A stretch of 64,000 nt of DNA from an uncultured Candidatus Saccharibacteria bacterium (GTDB taxonomy: Bacteria; Patescibacteriota; Minisyncoccia; UBA6257; 2-01-FULL-56-20): the NCBI GenBank assembly GCA_964646415.1, contig CAZYEL010000003.1:11639-75638 (forward strand), in the 5' to 3' direction. A program made the translations under genes and the position numbers. Of this stretch, positions 25,700 to 34,497 are shown in pieces. Numbering within the stretch: the stretch's first letter is position 1; the number at the start of each line of letters is the position of its first letter. The notes beneath the pieces were generated by a model, which saw only the letters and a program-made list of their open reading frames with translations, was not told the DNA's origin and ran no database searches.

Positions 25700-26319
25700 T
25701 TAGGAATGAACGCCGGTGTTTCTTTCGCGTACACGCTCCACGCGTCACCGAACTCTTTCTCCGCATCGGCTTCTTCGCTTTTCGCCAATTTTATATACAT
25801 CCAGACCAGTACGGGGAACATGATGAGCGTAAGAAGCGTCGGCCACTGCAGAAGGAACCCAAACATGATGAGCACAAACCCCGCATACTGCGGATGGCGG
25901 ATGCGCGCATAGGGACCGGCGGTTGCGAGCGTATGACTTTTTTGGGCCGTATAGAGCACCTCCCACGCGCGGACGATAAGCATAAAGCCATAACCGATAA
26001 ACACGTAGCTCACAATATGGAACGGTCCGAAGTGCGGGTCGCCGCCCCACCCAAACAGGTCTTCAAGGAGATGCCCGGAATTGTGCGAGAAAATATCCAT
26101 GCCGGGAAATGTCGCGGTGAGCCACCCGGAAAGAAAGTAGATGGTGAGCGGAAATCCGTACATCTCCATGAACAACGCAACCATGAACGCCGAGAACACC
26201 CCCAATGAACGCCAGTCGCGAACTTTTTTCGGCCTCGTAAAACTAAATGCGAAAATGACCGAGACCAGCGAACTCACGATAACAAGCGGCCAGAGACCAT
26301 ACGCGGGAGAGGACGGCAT
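25660..26319 (-). CDS. isoprenylcysteine carboxyl methyltransferase (ICMT)/PEMT-family membrane methyltransferase
   Basis: RIRHPQYAGFVLIMFGFLLQ motif and TM helices. The start MPSSPAYG is chosen to abut the upstream gene. Confidence 0.55.
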   Translation of the reverse strand: MPSSPAYGLWPLVIVSSLVSVIFAFSFTRPKKVRDWRSLGVFSAFMVALFMEMYGFPLTIYFLSGWLTATFPGMDIFSHNSGHLLEDLFGWGGDPHFGPFHIVSYVFIGYGFMLIVRAWEVLYTAQKSHTLATAGPYARIRHPQYAGFVLIMFGFLLQWPTLLTLIMFPVLVWMYIKLAKSEEADAEKEFGDAWSVYAKETPAFIPKWDTSKVATSPLK

Positions 26320-26324
26320 AGCGG

Positions 26325-26573
26325 TTAGTGAGTATGAGGCTCGTCTTCCCGGCGCTCCCGGCCGGAGTCGCCGCCGTGCCCGCCGTGGCCCTTGAACATC
26401 ATCCAGACATGTGCGACGACAAAAATACCGATAAGAATTGGCCAGAGGTACCCGTTTGAAGACAACGTATCCCCGCCAAGAAGTACAAAACCCAACAGGA
26501 GGAGACAAGGAATCATCATCCACAGGATGCCCTTATGCCCGCCGTTTTTACTGTTGTTTTCGTGCTCGTGCAT
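26325..26573 (-). CDS. DUF2933-family His-rich small membrane protein
   Basis: MHEHENNSKNGGHKGILWMMIPCLLLLG...HGGHGG. This family is commonly adjacent to P1B-ATPase genes. Confidence 0.5.
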   Translation of the reverse strand: MHEHENNSKNGGHKGILWMMIPCLLLLGFVLLGGDTLSSNGYLWPILIGIFVVAHVWMMFKGHGGHGGDSGRERREDEPHTH

Positions 26574-26578
26574 AGCGG

Positions 26579-26845
26579 TTATTTTCTTACCAAGCTGGAA
26601 TTGTGCATCCACACGTAGTACCACCCGAAGAGCCAGGCGAAGACAAACATATAGACCGCGCCAAGGAGCACACTCCCGGGACTAATCCATGTAAATCCCG
26701 GCAACGTCTCAAAAAGCGAGTGGTGCAGCTCTACTCCTCTCGCGCTTCGGAGCGGAAGAAACCCGCCAACAAGACAAATGACATATGCGACTTCCGCACC
26801 CAGTACGCACTTCCAACCGTATAACTTAAGCGACAGTTGTCCCAT
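26579..26845 (-). CDS. small membrane protein (hypothetical)
   Basis: 88 aa with two TM helices. Confidence 0.3.
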   Translation of the reverse strand: MGQLSLKLYGWKCVLGAEVAYVICLVGGFLPLRSARGVELHHSLFETLPGFTWISPGSVLLGAVYMFVFAWLFGWYYVWMHNSSLVRK

Positions 26846-26861
26846 GTGTTATTTTGATTAA

Positions 26862-27065
26862 TTAACCGACATATTTTTCGGGGTCATTGACGAAGTGCTC
26901 CCTGCACGTTTTAGAACAGAAATAAAAGACCTCCCCGTGATGCTCGGCATGAAATTGTGTATTCGCCGAATCAACCTCCATGCCGCAGATCACATCAAGC
27001 GCCTTTTCTTCCGGCTCAATGTGCATGCCGACCTTTTTTAACTCTTTGCTGATATTACTTGGCAT
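26862..27065 (-). CDS. YHS (TRASH) domain metal-binding protein
   Basis: DVICGMEVDSANTQFHAEHHGEVFYFCSKTCREHFVNDPEKY. Confidence 0.6.
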   Translation of the reverse strand: MPSNISKELKKVGMHIEPEEKALDVICGMEVDSANTQFHAEHHGEVFYFCSKTCREHFVNDPEKYVG

Positions 27066-27070
27066 AGATA

Positions 27071-27463
27071 TTATTGCGCAGCAGTATCGACGATAGTCCT
27101 CACAAGCGCATCAATCTCTTCCGGCAAGCTGCCCAACTCCGCCTTCGGGAAAAAGTGCCGCAACACCACGGGCCGCATGCCGGAGATAACCGTGGTACCA
27201 TCCTTCACATACACGTTGACCTTGCACGGCATGCACAGCCCGAGCCGCATGTCGGCCTCCAAAAACGCGCTCGCGTAGCGCGCATTGCAGAACTCAATGA
27301 TTTTGAAGGGGGCTCGCGCAAATCCCTTTTCTCCGAGCGCTCTTTGCACATCGTGGATGTGGAGCACCCGCATACCGGCTTTTACGACTGCCTCCTCCGC
27401 GCTCTTGGCCGCCGCATCAAACTCCTTGGCGGTCGTAACCGTATAATCAAAACCTGATTCCAT
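27071..27463 (-). CDS. DUF302-domain protein
   Basis: 130 aa with a DUF302-like pattern, found in metal-responsive operons. Confidence 0.5.
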   Translation of the reverse strand: MESGFDYTVTTAKEFDAAAKSAEEAVVKAGMRVLHIHDVQRALGEKGFARAPFKIIEFCNARYASAFLEADMRLGLCMPCKVNVYVKDGTTVISGMRPVVLRHFFPKAELGSLPEEIDALVRTIVDTAAQ

Positions 27464-27467
27464 GGGA

Positions 27468-27740
27468 TTATTTATTCGACAGCGTGTAGACCTTTATGAG
27501 TTCTTTGACGGCGTTCTCCTCTTCCCCCGCGTGCGACAACTGATGCTTCACATGCGTGCGAAGATGGTTTTCGAGAAGCAGCGCATCGAGACTCTTGAGC
27601 GATTTCTGGATAGAGAGCGACTGCAGAAGTAGGTTTACACAATACTTCTCTTCCTCAATCGCTTGCGCAAGCCCCCGCATCTGCCCCTCAAGAATCTTCG
27701 CGCGGTGCACCGCGCGCTTCTTGAGTTTTTGGTTGACCAT
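27468..27740 (-). CDS. csoR: CsoR/RcnR/FrmR-family metal-sensing transcriptional repressor
   Basis: RAKILEGQMRGLAQAIEEEKYCVNLLLQSLSIQKSLKSLDALLLENHLRTHV carries the Cys-His metal-ligand positions of the DUF156 family. Confidence 0.7.
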   Translation of the reverse strand: MVNQKLKKRAVHRAKILEGQMRGLAQAIEEEKYCVNLLLQSLSIQKSLKSLDALLLENHLRTHVKHQLSHAGEEENAVKELIKVYTLSNK

Positions 27741-27796
27741 GCGTATAGGGTATGCCCCTATATCCTATATGTCAACTATCTGCCTGTGTATAACTT

Positions 27797-28234
27797 TTAG
27801 TCAAAACGCAACTCAATTTTATCCTTGTCGCGCATGAGGTAGCTCTCGTACTCGGTGTTCTCTTCCCCATTCACCGTCATCTTCATATTCGCGCCGAAAG
27901 ACCGCATATCCTTACCCCACACTTTGAAGAATGAGCCCAGTTTCACATCGTCTTTAAGAACTCGCCCCAGGAATTCCAAGTGTATCTGGCCGGTAGCGTC
28001 ATGCGTGTGGACGCTCTGCTCGACAATGCCGAGACCTAAACCCGACGGGATTTCTTGCTTGGCGCCTTTCACGTAGATGGCGAGTTCAGGATGCCAATGC
28101 AAGCCCCTTCGCGCAAGAACTTCTCCTTCGGGAACCGGAGGACGGGTTGCAACGTACCACCCAATGAGTCCAATGGCTGCCACTGTCCCCAGAATCCACC
28201 TTCCGCGTTTTGCGAGTCTGAAAAAATTTTTCAT
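27797..28234 (-). CDS. membrane-anchored hypothetical protein
   Basis: N-terminal TM helix plus a soluble domain. Confidence 0.4.
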   Translation of the reverse strand: MKNFFRLAKRGRWILGTVAAIGLIGWYVATRPPVPEGEVLARRGLHWHPELAIYVKGAKQEIPSGLGLGIVEQSVHTHDATGQIHLEFLGRVLKDDVKLGSFFKVWGKDMRSFGANMKMTVNGEENTEYESYLMRDKDKIELRFD

Positions 28235-28263
28235 TATAGTTCAGTGTTCAGTAATGTTGGGCA

Positions 28264-29190
28264 TCACACCCCGCACCCGCCGGTTGGCTGACTTTCCTCG
28301 CGCGGGATGCGGCTCGCAATACTCCGGAAGCCGGAAATGCTTGAGTAATCCACGCCCAGAATCTCCTTCGGGTTTGCATTTGCGGGAGCTCCACCCCGCG
28401 ACGTGAGGTACTTCGCAATCGTCGCGTACTCGTTCGGAAACCAAAATGCGTTCACCGCGAGCGCCGCGCGGTACATTTCCTCCTCTGTAGCGCCTCCCGA
28501 CGCGAGGAATTCCAAAAGTCCCAGCATCGCCATGCCGTGGTTGCAGTCGGGAAAGTATGTGGAGTTGTCACAGCACGGACGATAGACATTTTTTGCCACC
28601 CCCTCCACGCGCGCTTGCTGTTCTTCGGTGAGCGTGAAAAATGCATGTTTGCTGTAATGTTGCATTGCATCTCCCTTTGCAAGCGTCCATCCGCCAGTCG
28701 AGGCGAACCGTCCCGCGCCGCCATACCGCGGGTCCATCATCGGTCCTTCCTCCAAAATCCGGTTTTTGTTGCCTAGCCCCAGCGCCCAGAAAATGTTCAA
28801 AAGAACGCCTGCACTGTTTCGGTCAATCGTCAGGTTCCCGTTATCCAGCCCGGTGAGCAACTTCCGCTCCCGCTCCGGCATGCCTCCCCGCGCGGCGTAA
28901 ATTGCATCGAACGCTTCCCGGTCAATCACGCCCGCGCCCACAAGTTTTGCGCCGAGGTCGCCCCACGCAATAGGCAATTTCACCTCTTGCGGAGCAAGGG
29001 CACCGCCCTCATGACCCGCGGCCGAATTAAGAACGGCGGCACTGCTCTTCGCGCCCGGGGATGCCGGCGTCGCCTTCATGCCCGTCGTGTATATCCACGC
29101 CCCGCCGAGGATAACCGCTGCCGCGACGATGCTCGCCGGAAGAAACGAGCTGCCCGCTCCTTTTTTATTATCCACTGTGTCTTGTTCCAT
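28264..29190 (-). CDS. membrane-anchored hypothetical protein with Cys/His cluster
   Basis: N-terminal TM helix. ..VYRPCCDNSTYFPDCNHGMAML.. cluster. Confidence 0.4.
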   Translation of the reverse strand: MEQDTVDNKKGAGSSFLPASIVAAAVILGGAWIYTTGMKATPASPGAKSSAAVLNSAAGHEGGALAPQEVKLPIAWGDLGAKLVGAGVIDREAFDAIYAARGGMPERERKLLTGLDNGNLTIDRNSAGVLLNIFWALGLGNKNRILEEGPMMDPRYGGAGRFASTGGWTLAKGDAMQHYSKHAFFTLTEEQQARVEGVAKNVYRPCCDNSTYFPDCNHGMAMLGLLEFLASGGATEEEMYRAALAVNAFWFPNEYATIAKYLTSRGGAPANANPKEILGVDYSSISGFRSIASRIPREESQPTGGCGV

Positions 29191-29210
29191 TGTTTTCGAA
29201 AAGTATGTTG

Positions 29211-29441
29211 CTACGACTCTAAATCCCTCTTCTTCTCCTCGAACTCTTTCCGCTCAATTTCCCCTTTCGCGTAGCGCTCTTTGAGGATTTCAAGCGCGGA
29301 CGCATTCCGCTCCCCGCGCGTGCCGCGCGCCTCGCGCACGAGCCACACGACGAAGAGGATAATCGCCGCCCAAACGACCACCATCATGAGCGGCCCGAAC
29401 ATGCCCCATCCCCACATATGATCCCCATAGTAATTCCACAT
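29211..29441 (-). CDS. SHOCT-domain small membrane protein
   Basis: TM helix, then LEILKERYAKGEIERKEFEEKKRDL (SHOCT-like). Confidence 0.45.
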   Translation of the reverse strand: MWNYYGDHMWGWGMFGPLMMVVVWAAIILFVVWLVREARGTRGERNASALEILKERYAKGEIERKEFEEKKRDLES

Positions 29442-29453
29442 AGTAATGATTGA

Positions 29454-29825
29454 TTATTGTACCGGACTCGCGAGTTTGCACCCGCTTGCCTCGGAGAGCT
29501 TCCGCAATCCCTGCTCGCCCACAAGCCGTTCCCCGCTTCCCGTAATCCATGTGGGATATCCTTCTATTTTTTCCGCCGCGCACCGCACACGCTCCACCGG
29601 ACACTCCACGTACGGGACAAGCCGGAACGAATCCCCGAAAGTGCGCTTCTCATTTTGGCAATGCGAGCACCAGTTTGCACCATACATCGTAAATTTTTTC
29701 TCCGCAAGGCACTGCGCGAATGCGTCGTACGTCCCGCTCGCCGGAGCGGGATTCCAAAGCAACCATCCTATTCCCGCCGCCACCACCACCACGAACCCAA
29801 GCCCCATAAGCGTTTGCTTTTGCAT
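29454..29825 (-). CDS. membrane-anchored thioredoxin-like protein (CxxC)
   Basis: YGANWCSHCQNEK active-site motif, preceded by an N-terminal TM anchor. Confidence 0.55.
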   Translation of the reverse strand: MQKQTLMGLGFVVVVAAGIGWLLWNPAPASGTYDAFAQCLAEKKFTMYGANWCSHCQNEKRTFGDSFRLVPYVECPVERVRCAAEKIEGYPTWITGSGERLVGEQGLRKLSEASGCKLASPVQ

Positions 29826-29831
29826 ATAGAG

Positions 29832-30329
29832 TTACTCGTCGCAGCAATCGACCAATTTATTCACGATATCGCCGAAGGTCCAAGGTTTCTCGGCCTTTGC
29901 CGCCTCTTTGAAACCCGACGGGTCGATAAGTTTCAGCCGCAGCGCCCAAAACATCGAGTATGTTTTGTATGCGCGGTCGAACATCTCTTTGGCCTCCGCC
30001 TTTTTGCCGTCGCCATTCAGCTTCGTACCCACCTCCATAAGACGCATCGTCGTGGCAAGGAGGTGCTTCGTAATGCACCACGTCTCCCCCTCGTGGCGCG
30101 AAACCATTTTCCCCAAAAGCTCCTTCCGCATCTCGCGCACTTCTCCGAGCAGCGCAAGGTACTCGGGTTTCTGGGTCTTCGCGTTCGTGAAAAACATATG
30201 CTCCTCCAAACTGATAAGATTCATCACCGCAACGCTCAAATCCTCTTCGGTCGAGAGGTCCACCGTGCCGGAGCGCTTAAGCCCTTCCACCTTTTTTACC
30301 ACTTCCGCAAACCGTTCTTCTTGTGTCAT
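29832..30329 (-). CDS. hypothetical cytoplasmic protein
   Basis: 165 aa ORF with good coding periodicity, ending ..VDCCDE. Confidence 0.4.
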   Translation of the reverse strand: MTQEERFAEVVKKVEGLKRSGTVDLSTEEDLSVAVMNLISLEEHMFFTNAKTQKPEYLALLGEVREMRKELLGKMVSRHEGETWCITKHLLATTMRLMEVGTKLNGDGKKAEAKEMFDRAYKTYSMFWALRLKLIDPSGFKEAAKAEKPWTFGDIVNKLVDCCDE

Positions 30330-30333
30330 GTCA

Positions 30334-31116
30334 CTAAAGAAGGAAAATTGACAACCCGAGGAGAACCGCCCCGATTCCTCCCCACAACCTCATATTACCC
30401 GTTTCGCGTTTTTTCCACTCCTGGAGGCGCCCCAGCACGCCCGCATCGCTCCCCAGCACAAGAATCAGGATAAGGGGAAGGATGAAGATGAAGTTGTAGA
30501 GCGCAAGGTATCCCATGCCGCTCGCATACGTCCGCGCATCGTGCAGAAGTCCCAGGATAAGGAGATACGGACCCCCCGTGCACGGGAATTCGCATACTCC
30601 CACAAGCCCCCCCAGGAGAAACGCCGCGGGAAGCGAGGAACGCTCCATAAGCGCGGCAATCGGCTTATGCGAGATGCCGGGAATTTTGAGTTTTATCGGG
30701 AACGACGGGAAGAAGTGATTCACCAAGCTCAAGAGTCCCGCCGCAACCATGAGGGAAGCCGCCGCTTTCGCCATAAAGTGCGGCGTGTTGAAAAGGTGAA
30801 GCGCCTGCAAGAGCCCCACGCCGATCAAGAAGTACGCCGCAAAAACCCCGAGGATATAGAACCCGCCGATCCAGAGAATCCGCGCGCGTTCTTTTTGCAG
30901 GCTCACCAAGAATGCGATCGTGAGAATCAAAACCGAGAATGCACACGGGTTGATGCTGTCTAAGACCGCCGCGACGAGGACGAGCGGCAAGAGCCATTTC
31001 CCTCCCTGTGACACGCTCCAGAGCGCATCCGCCCCGAAGTTCCCCGCCTTGAGCACAAAGGCGCCGCCGATGAGCACTACCGCAATTCCCAGCACAATCC
31101 AAAAACGTTTCGTCAT
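30334..31116 (-). CDS. ccdA: cytochrome c biogenesis CcdA/DsbD-family thiol:disulfide transporter
   Basis: Six TM helices with Cys in TM1 (INPCAFSVL) and TM4 (CEFPCTGGP). Confidence 0.65.
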   Translation of the reverse strand: MTKRFWIVLGIAVVLIGGAFVLKAGNFGADALWSVSQGGKWLLPLVLVAAVLDSINPCAFSVLILTIAFLVSLQKERARILWIGGFYILGVFAAYFLIGVGLLQALHLFNTPHFMAKAAASLMVAAGLLSLVNHFFPSFPIKLKIPGISHKPIAALMERSSLPAAFLLGGLVGVCEFPCTGGPYLLILGLLHDARTYASGMGYLALYNFIFILPLILILVLGSDAGVLGRLQEWKKRETGNMRLWGGIGAVLLGLSIFLL

Positions 31117-31123
31117 GAGATTC

Positions 31124-31630
31124 TTACGGCGTTACGTCCGCAGAAAACGCGAATTCGACCGGAGTACCATCGTCGGTTTCGAGATATACGACCCGCTCGA
31201 TCTTCCCGATGCCTGCGGGCCCGTGCGCCGCAGGGTCAAACACCGCCTCCACCGTCGCCTCTTCACCCGGAGCTACCGCCGCATCAATCCCCGGAATAAA
31301 CCCGTGCCCAGGCATGCCGTACGGACCCACTTTTTTCTCTGCGGTCGTAAGCCGCGCCACGGTACACATACACGACGTGTAAAGCTTCGTCACCTTTACC
31401 GGAGCGGTGCCCGTGTTGCGCACCTTAAACTCGTGCGACACCTTCCCCGCGCGCATCGAAACGCTCCCGAACGAGAACTGCGCCTCATCCGCGCGGAGCG
31501 CGGAGGCGCCCGTCTTCACAATGCTCGCCGTCTGGTTTTCCTTCGGTTGCGCCCCTCCCCACACGAACAATGCCCCCACCACTACTACCACAAACGCAAT
31601 GCCAACCAGTATATTTTTTGAGTTTTCCAT
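31124..31630 (-). CDS. DUF1573-domain secreted protein
   Basis: TM/signal MENSKNILVGIAFVVVVV, then FKVRNTGTAPVKVTKLYTSCMCT, typical of DUF1573. Confidence 0.45.
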   Translation of the reverse strand: MENSKNILVGIAFVVVVVGALFVWGGAQPKENQTASIVKTGASALRADEAQFSFGSVSMRAGKVSHEFKVRNTGTAPVKVTKLYTSCMCTVARLTTAEKKVGPYGMPGHGFIPGIDAAVAPGEEATVEAVFDPAAHGPAGIGKIERVVYLETDDGTPVEFAFSADVTP

Positions 31631-31716
31631 TTTGTAAGCGCACACCAAAAATCGCTTCCCCAACAAGCTCCGTACGCGCCAAATCGCGACCACGATTCGG
31701 CTGTGTACAAAAACCC

Positions 31717-32118
31717 TTAGGAAAGCGAAAAAACGCGCCGCTCACGAAGCGTGAGCCAGCGATAGAAACGCGGTGCGCGTTGCCGGAGCGGATGCATCCC
31801 ATGGAGCGCCGCCGCGAACCGCGCCACGGGAGGCGGCGCGACGAGCTCCGGAAGCACCGCGCCGAATGCCATAACAATAAGAAGCAAAAGCCCTGCCCAC
31901 GTTATGATATTTGCCGCAGAAAAGCTTTTGAGCAAATTTAGATGGAATGCCGCGACTACCGCCGTTCCCGCAATCCCGGGACACGCGTTCCCGCCTGCGG
32001 CAGTCCGTGCAAGACAATTGATTTCTCCCATGCTGTGAGACATCGCGAACGCCCCAAACACCGCCATACCGGCGAATGCGCACACGATGAGAATACCGAG
32101 GAACGTTTTCGTATTCAT
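31717..32118 (-). CDS. integral membrane protein (hypothetical)
   Basis: Three to four TM helices. CLARTAAGGNACPG. Confidence 0.35.
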   Translation of the reverse strand: MNTKTFLGILIVCAFAGMAVFGAFAMSHSMGEINCLARTAAGGNACPGIAGTAVVAAFHLNLLKSFSAANIITWAGLLLLIVMAFGAVLPELVAPPPVARFAAALHGMHPLRQRAPRFYRWLTLRERRVFSLS

Positions 32119-32190
32119 ATATATTCCAGTATACTCCCCAACCCTGTTTCTTACAACTTGCCTGCCGATAAAACCCGTCGCGGTAAATTG

Positions 32191-32244
32191 TGCACAATCT
32201 GTGGACTCCCGCCCCTCAAACCCTTATGCCGCAAGGGTTTTTCT
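32191..32244. repeat. ~50-bp direct repeat copy A with an internal hairpin (aaaccctt atgccgc aagggttt)
   Basis: gtgcacaatctgtggactcccgcccctcaaacccttatgccgcaagggttt is about 94% identical to 33447-33499. Confidence 0.6.
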
Positions 32245-32574
32245 TGACGCGTAAGAGCAAAGGACATACGCTGACTTCCTATTATGGAACGCAACGCTTC
32301 CTGAATGCCGCGCAAGAAGTGCGCTTCCCGCCATACCCGTAACTCCTTCTCATCAAGAAGCGTTTCATTAACGATGACTGACGCAAAATTTATCGCGCTT
32401 AATAACGCACACCTCAAGCTCATAAAGCGTTTTATCCTCAAAAATTACGGCCGCCGGTGCGGCCACATCGGCAAGGATAAAATTTCCTTGGACTGCGCGG
32501 TCTGCAAATCCTGGCTCTTTTATGAATTCTTCGTGTGGTTTGTTGAAAATCAGGAAGATAACCTGAAACGATAA

Positions 32575-32886
32575 ATGACGAGGGTAAAAAGGCCGCAACT
32601 CAAGAGCGGGTGGTGCTTCGCGATAGTCAATAACCGACTCGCTGAAATTTCGTTTGAGAAACGATACGGAATTTGGGGGCACTGCTACGTGAAACGAGAG
32701 GAATATAAAACGAGGCAAGAACAAAAATGGATAAGAGAGGATACGGAAAAGTGCCGGTTCACGTATAGGAAGGGGTACTACTTTGATAGAATTCGCGGCA
32801 CGAAACAGAAAGTGCCGCCGAGACGTAAAATATCCCCCCCGCTCGATAAAAAGAAAACGATACTTCTCAAAGACATGATTCAGTAG
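32575..32886 (+). CDS. hypothetical protein (cargo of the repeat-bracketed cassette)
   Basis: 103 aa ORF. No recognisable motif. Confidence 0.25.
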   Translation: MTRVKRPQLKSGWCFAIVNNRLAEISFEKRYGIWGHCYVKREEYKTRQEQKWIREDTEKCRFTYRKGYYFDRIRGTKQKVPPRRKISPPLDKKKTILLKDMIQ

Positions 32887-33149
32887 GTATGCGAACCGCG
32901 CCGTTTAACCTGCGCCACGAGGACTTTTCGGCTCTGCTGATACACTCGATAAAATATCCTGTATGCACCAATTCTCCGGCGCCAACGGTTTTCTTCCCCT
33001 TTCAACTTCTCTATATCGCCTGCGTAGGGATTGTCCGCAAGCGAGCGAACCGCCTCAAAGACCCTTCGCTTATCATCCGGTGACCAGCGCTTGGTTGTCC
33101 GATACACGTCCGGCTCAATTTCTAACTCCCAGCTTTCGCCTGAATGCAT
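32880..33149 (-). CDS. RelE/ParE-family type II toxin
   Basis: ...NRWRRRIGAYRIFYRVYQQSRKVLVAQVKRRGSHTY. The start MHSGESWELEI is chosen to limit overlap with the antitoxin. Confidence 0.6.
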   Translation of the reverse strand: MHSGESWELEIEPDVYRTTKRWSPDDKRRVFEAVRSLADNPYAGDIEKLKGEENRWRRRIGAYRIFYRVYQQSRKVLVAQVKRRGSHTY

Positions 33150-33348
33150 CAAGGGAAAGAGTTTTTCCTGCCGCGAAGTTTTTTTCCGCTTTTTCAAACG
33201 TGCGCCGCTGCGCCGCGGTCATGGAAACCGTTTTGTATTTGCGCGGCGGCGCAAAACGGGCGCGTTCTTGCAACGCCTCGTATTCCTCCTTAGGCACAAG
33301 GAGAAGGTCTTTCCCCGCAAGATGCTTTGGAATTGTGATAGTTGCCAT
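33115..33348 (-). CDS. antitoxin (AbrB/MazE-like or Phd-like) partner of the RelE/ParE toxin
   Basis: MATITIPKHLAGKDLLLVPKEEYEAL. Overlaps the toxin start. Confidence 0.5.
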   Translation of the reverse strand: MATITIPKHLAGKDLLLVPKEEYEALQERARFAPPRKYKTVSMTAAQRRTFEKAEKNFAAGKTLSLDAFRRKLGVRN

Positions 33349-33446
33349 ACGCGCATCCTACCACGAGAGCACCCGAGGTATCAATCGCCCCCTAAGTTCT
33401 AATGGCTAAATTCTAATGGCTCTAGCGTGCCTCTGCCTCTAACGGG

Positions 33447-33499
33447 ATGTGCGCAATCTGGGGACTCCCGCCCCTCAAACCCTTATGCCGCAAGGGTTT
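33447..33499. repeat. ~50-bp direct repeat copy B
   Basis: gtgcgcaatctggggactcccgcccctcaaacccttatgccgcaagggttt. Confidence 0.6.
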
Positions 33500-33549
33500 C
33501 CGCTGGCCCTATTGCGGTATTTCCGTATATGTCGCATAATATCGCGGGC

Positions 33550-34497
33550 TGAAAACGGGGCACCCAGACCCCTCAATCCGGACACCCCTCATTGGGGCGT
33601 TGTTGTTTTCGGGCACGATGCCGCGCGAGCATCTCGGAGGGGGTGCGATAGCGCAGGACGTTCATCGGCCTGCGGTTGAGCTTCGCTTCAAGCGCACGGA
33701 AAGCAGAGGGTGGGTAGCGAGAAAGGTCGCTTCCCTTGGGGATATCCCGCCGTATGACTTTGTTCACGTTTTCAATACTCCCTTTCTCCCACGCATGATA
33801 GGGGTGACAGAAGAAGATGCGAACATGGAGGAGGGCGGCAAGCCGCGCATGGTGCCGGAAGAGAATATCGTTGTCCGTGGTGAGCGTGCGGAGTTCGGGG
33901 AATCTTCCCTTGATGCGCAGGAATGCTGTTTCCATGCGGGGAATGGTGGCGGGAAGGATGCGTTCCAGAAAGGACGCTCGCGTCTTCCGGTCCACCACCA
34001 CAAGAAGCATGCCCTTGCCGTTTTTCCCTGATGCGATGAAATCGGCTTCCGCATCGCCCACCTGTCTGCGGGTATTGATATACAAAGGTCTCTTGTCGAT
34101 GAAGGTGCGGGAGGAGACGCGGGGAAGATGGGGAAGGTGGCGAAGCCGTCCTGCCACCGCTTCAGGAGAGAGGTCATCCATGAGCATCTGCTCCACATAC
34201 TCGCGGAGAGGAGGGTGGTGCACGATGCGCATCCCCTGATATTTTGCATATTTTCTCCCGACATATGCCTTGTGGTGGGCTTTGCGGGGGTCATAGACAC
34301 CGTGCGTCCGGTTCCGCACACACTCATCCGCAATAGATGATTTTCCCCGCCTCATGGCGTGGGCGATGGCACGTCCCGAGTATCCCTTCTCCCGCAGATA
34401 CCCAATTTCCACCCGCTCCGCAGCCGAGAGATGGCCCCGATTCTTTTTTTCTCATGCTCTCACGATAGCAGAGTGTCCGGATTCAAATGGCAAGGTG
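33550..34497 (-). mobile_element. IS30-family insertion sequence (~0.95 kb)
   Basis: Carries an IS30-type DDE transposase. Imperfect terminal inverted repeats share the core gtgtccggatt (33575-33585 reverse complement; 34473-34483). Confidence 0.6.
33573..34455 (-). CDS. IS30-family transposase, interrupted by a frameshift in an A7 homopolymer
   Basis: FCHPYHAWEKGSIENVNKVIRRDIPKGSDLS matches the IS30 DDE signature, and the N-terminal HTH is LSAAERVEIGYLREKGYSGRAIAHAMRRGKSSIADECVRN. The ATG at 34453-34455 is followed by aaaaaaa (34444-34450), which shifts the frame relative to the main ORF 33573-34412. Confidence 0.65.

Noticed and set aside
32305-32574. Small ORF (MTDAKFIALNN...) in the repeat-bracketed cassette
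   Set aside because: It is short with no motif and uncertain coding signal. It is mentioned only as possible cargo, and the adjacent 32575-32886 ORF is listed at low confidence.
32191-33499. The 50-bp direct repeats as IS30 target-site duplications
   Set aside because: They are far too long (IS30 makes 2-3 bp duplications), and both lie on the same side of the IS, not flanking it.
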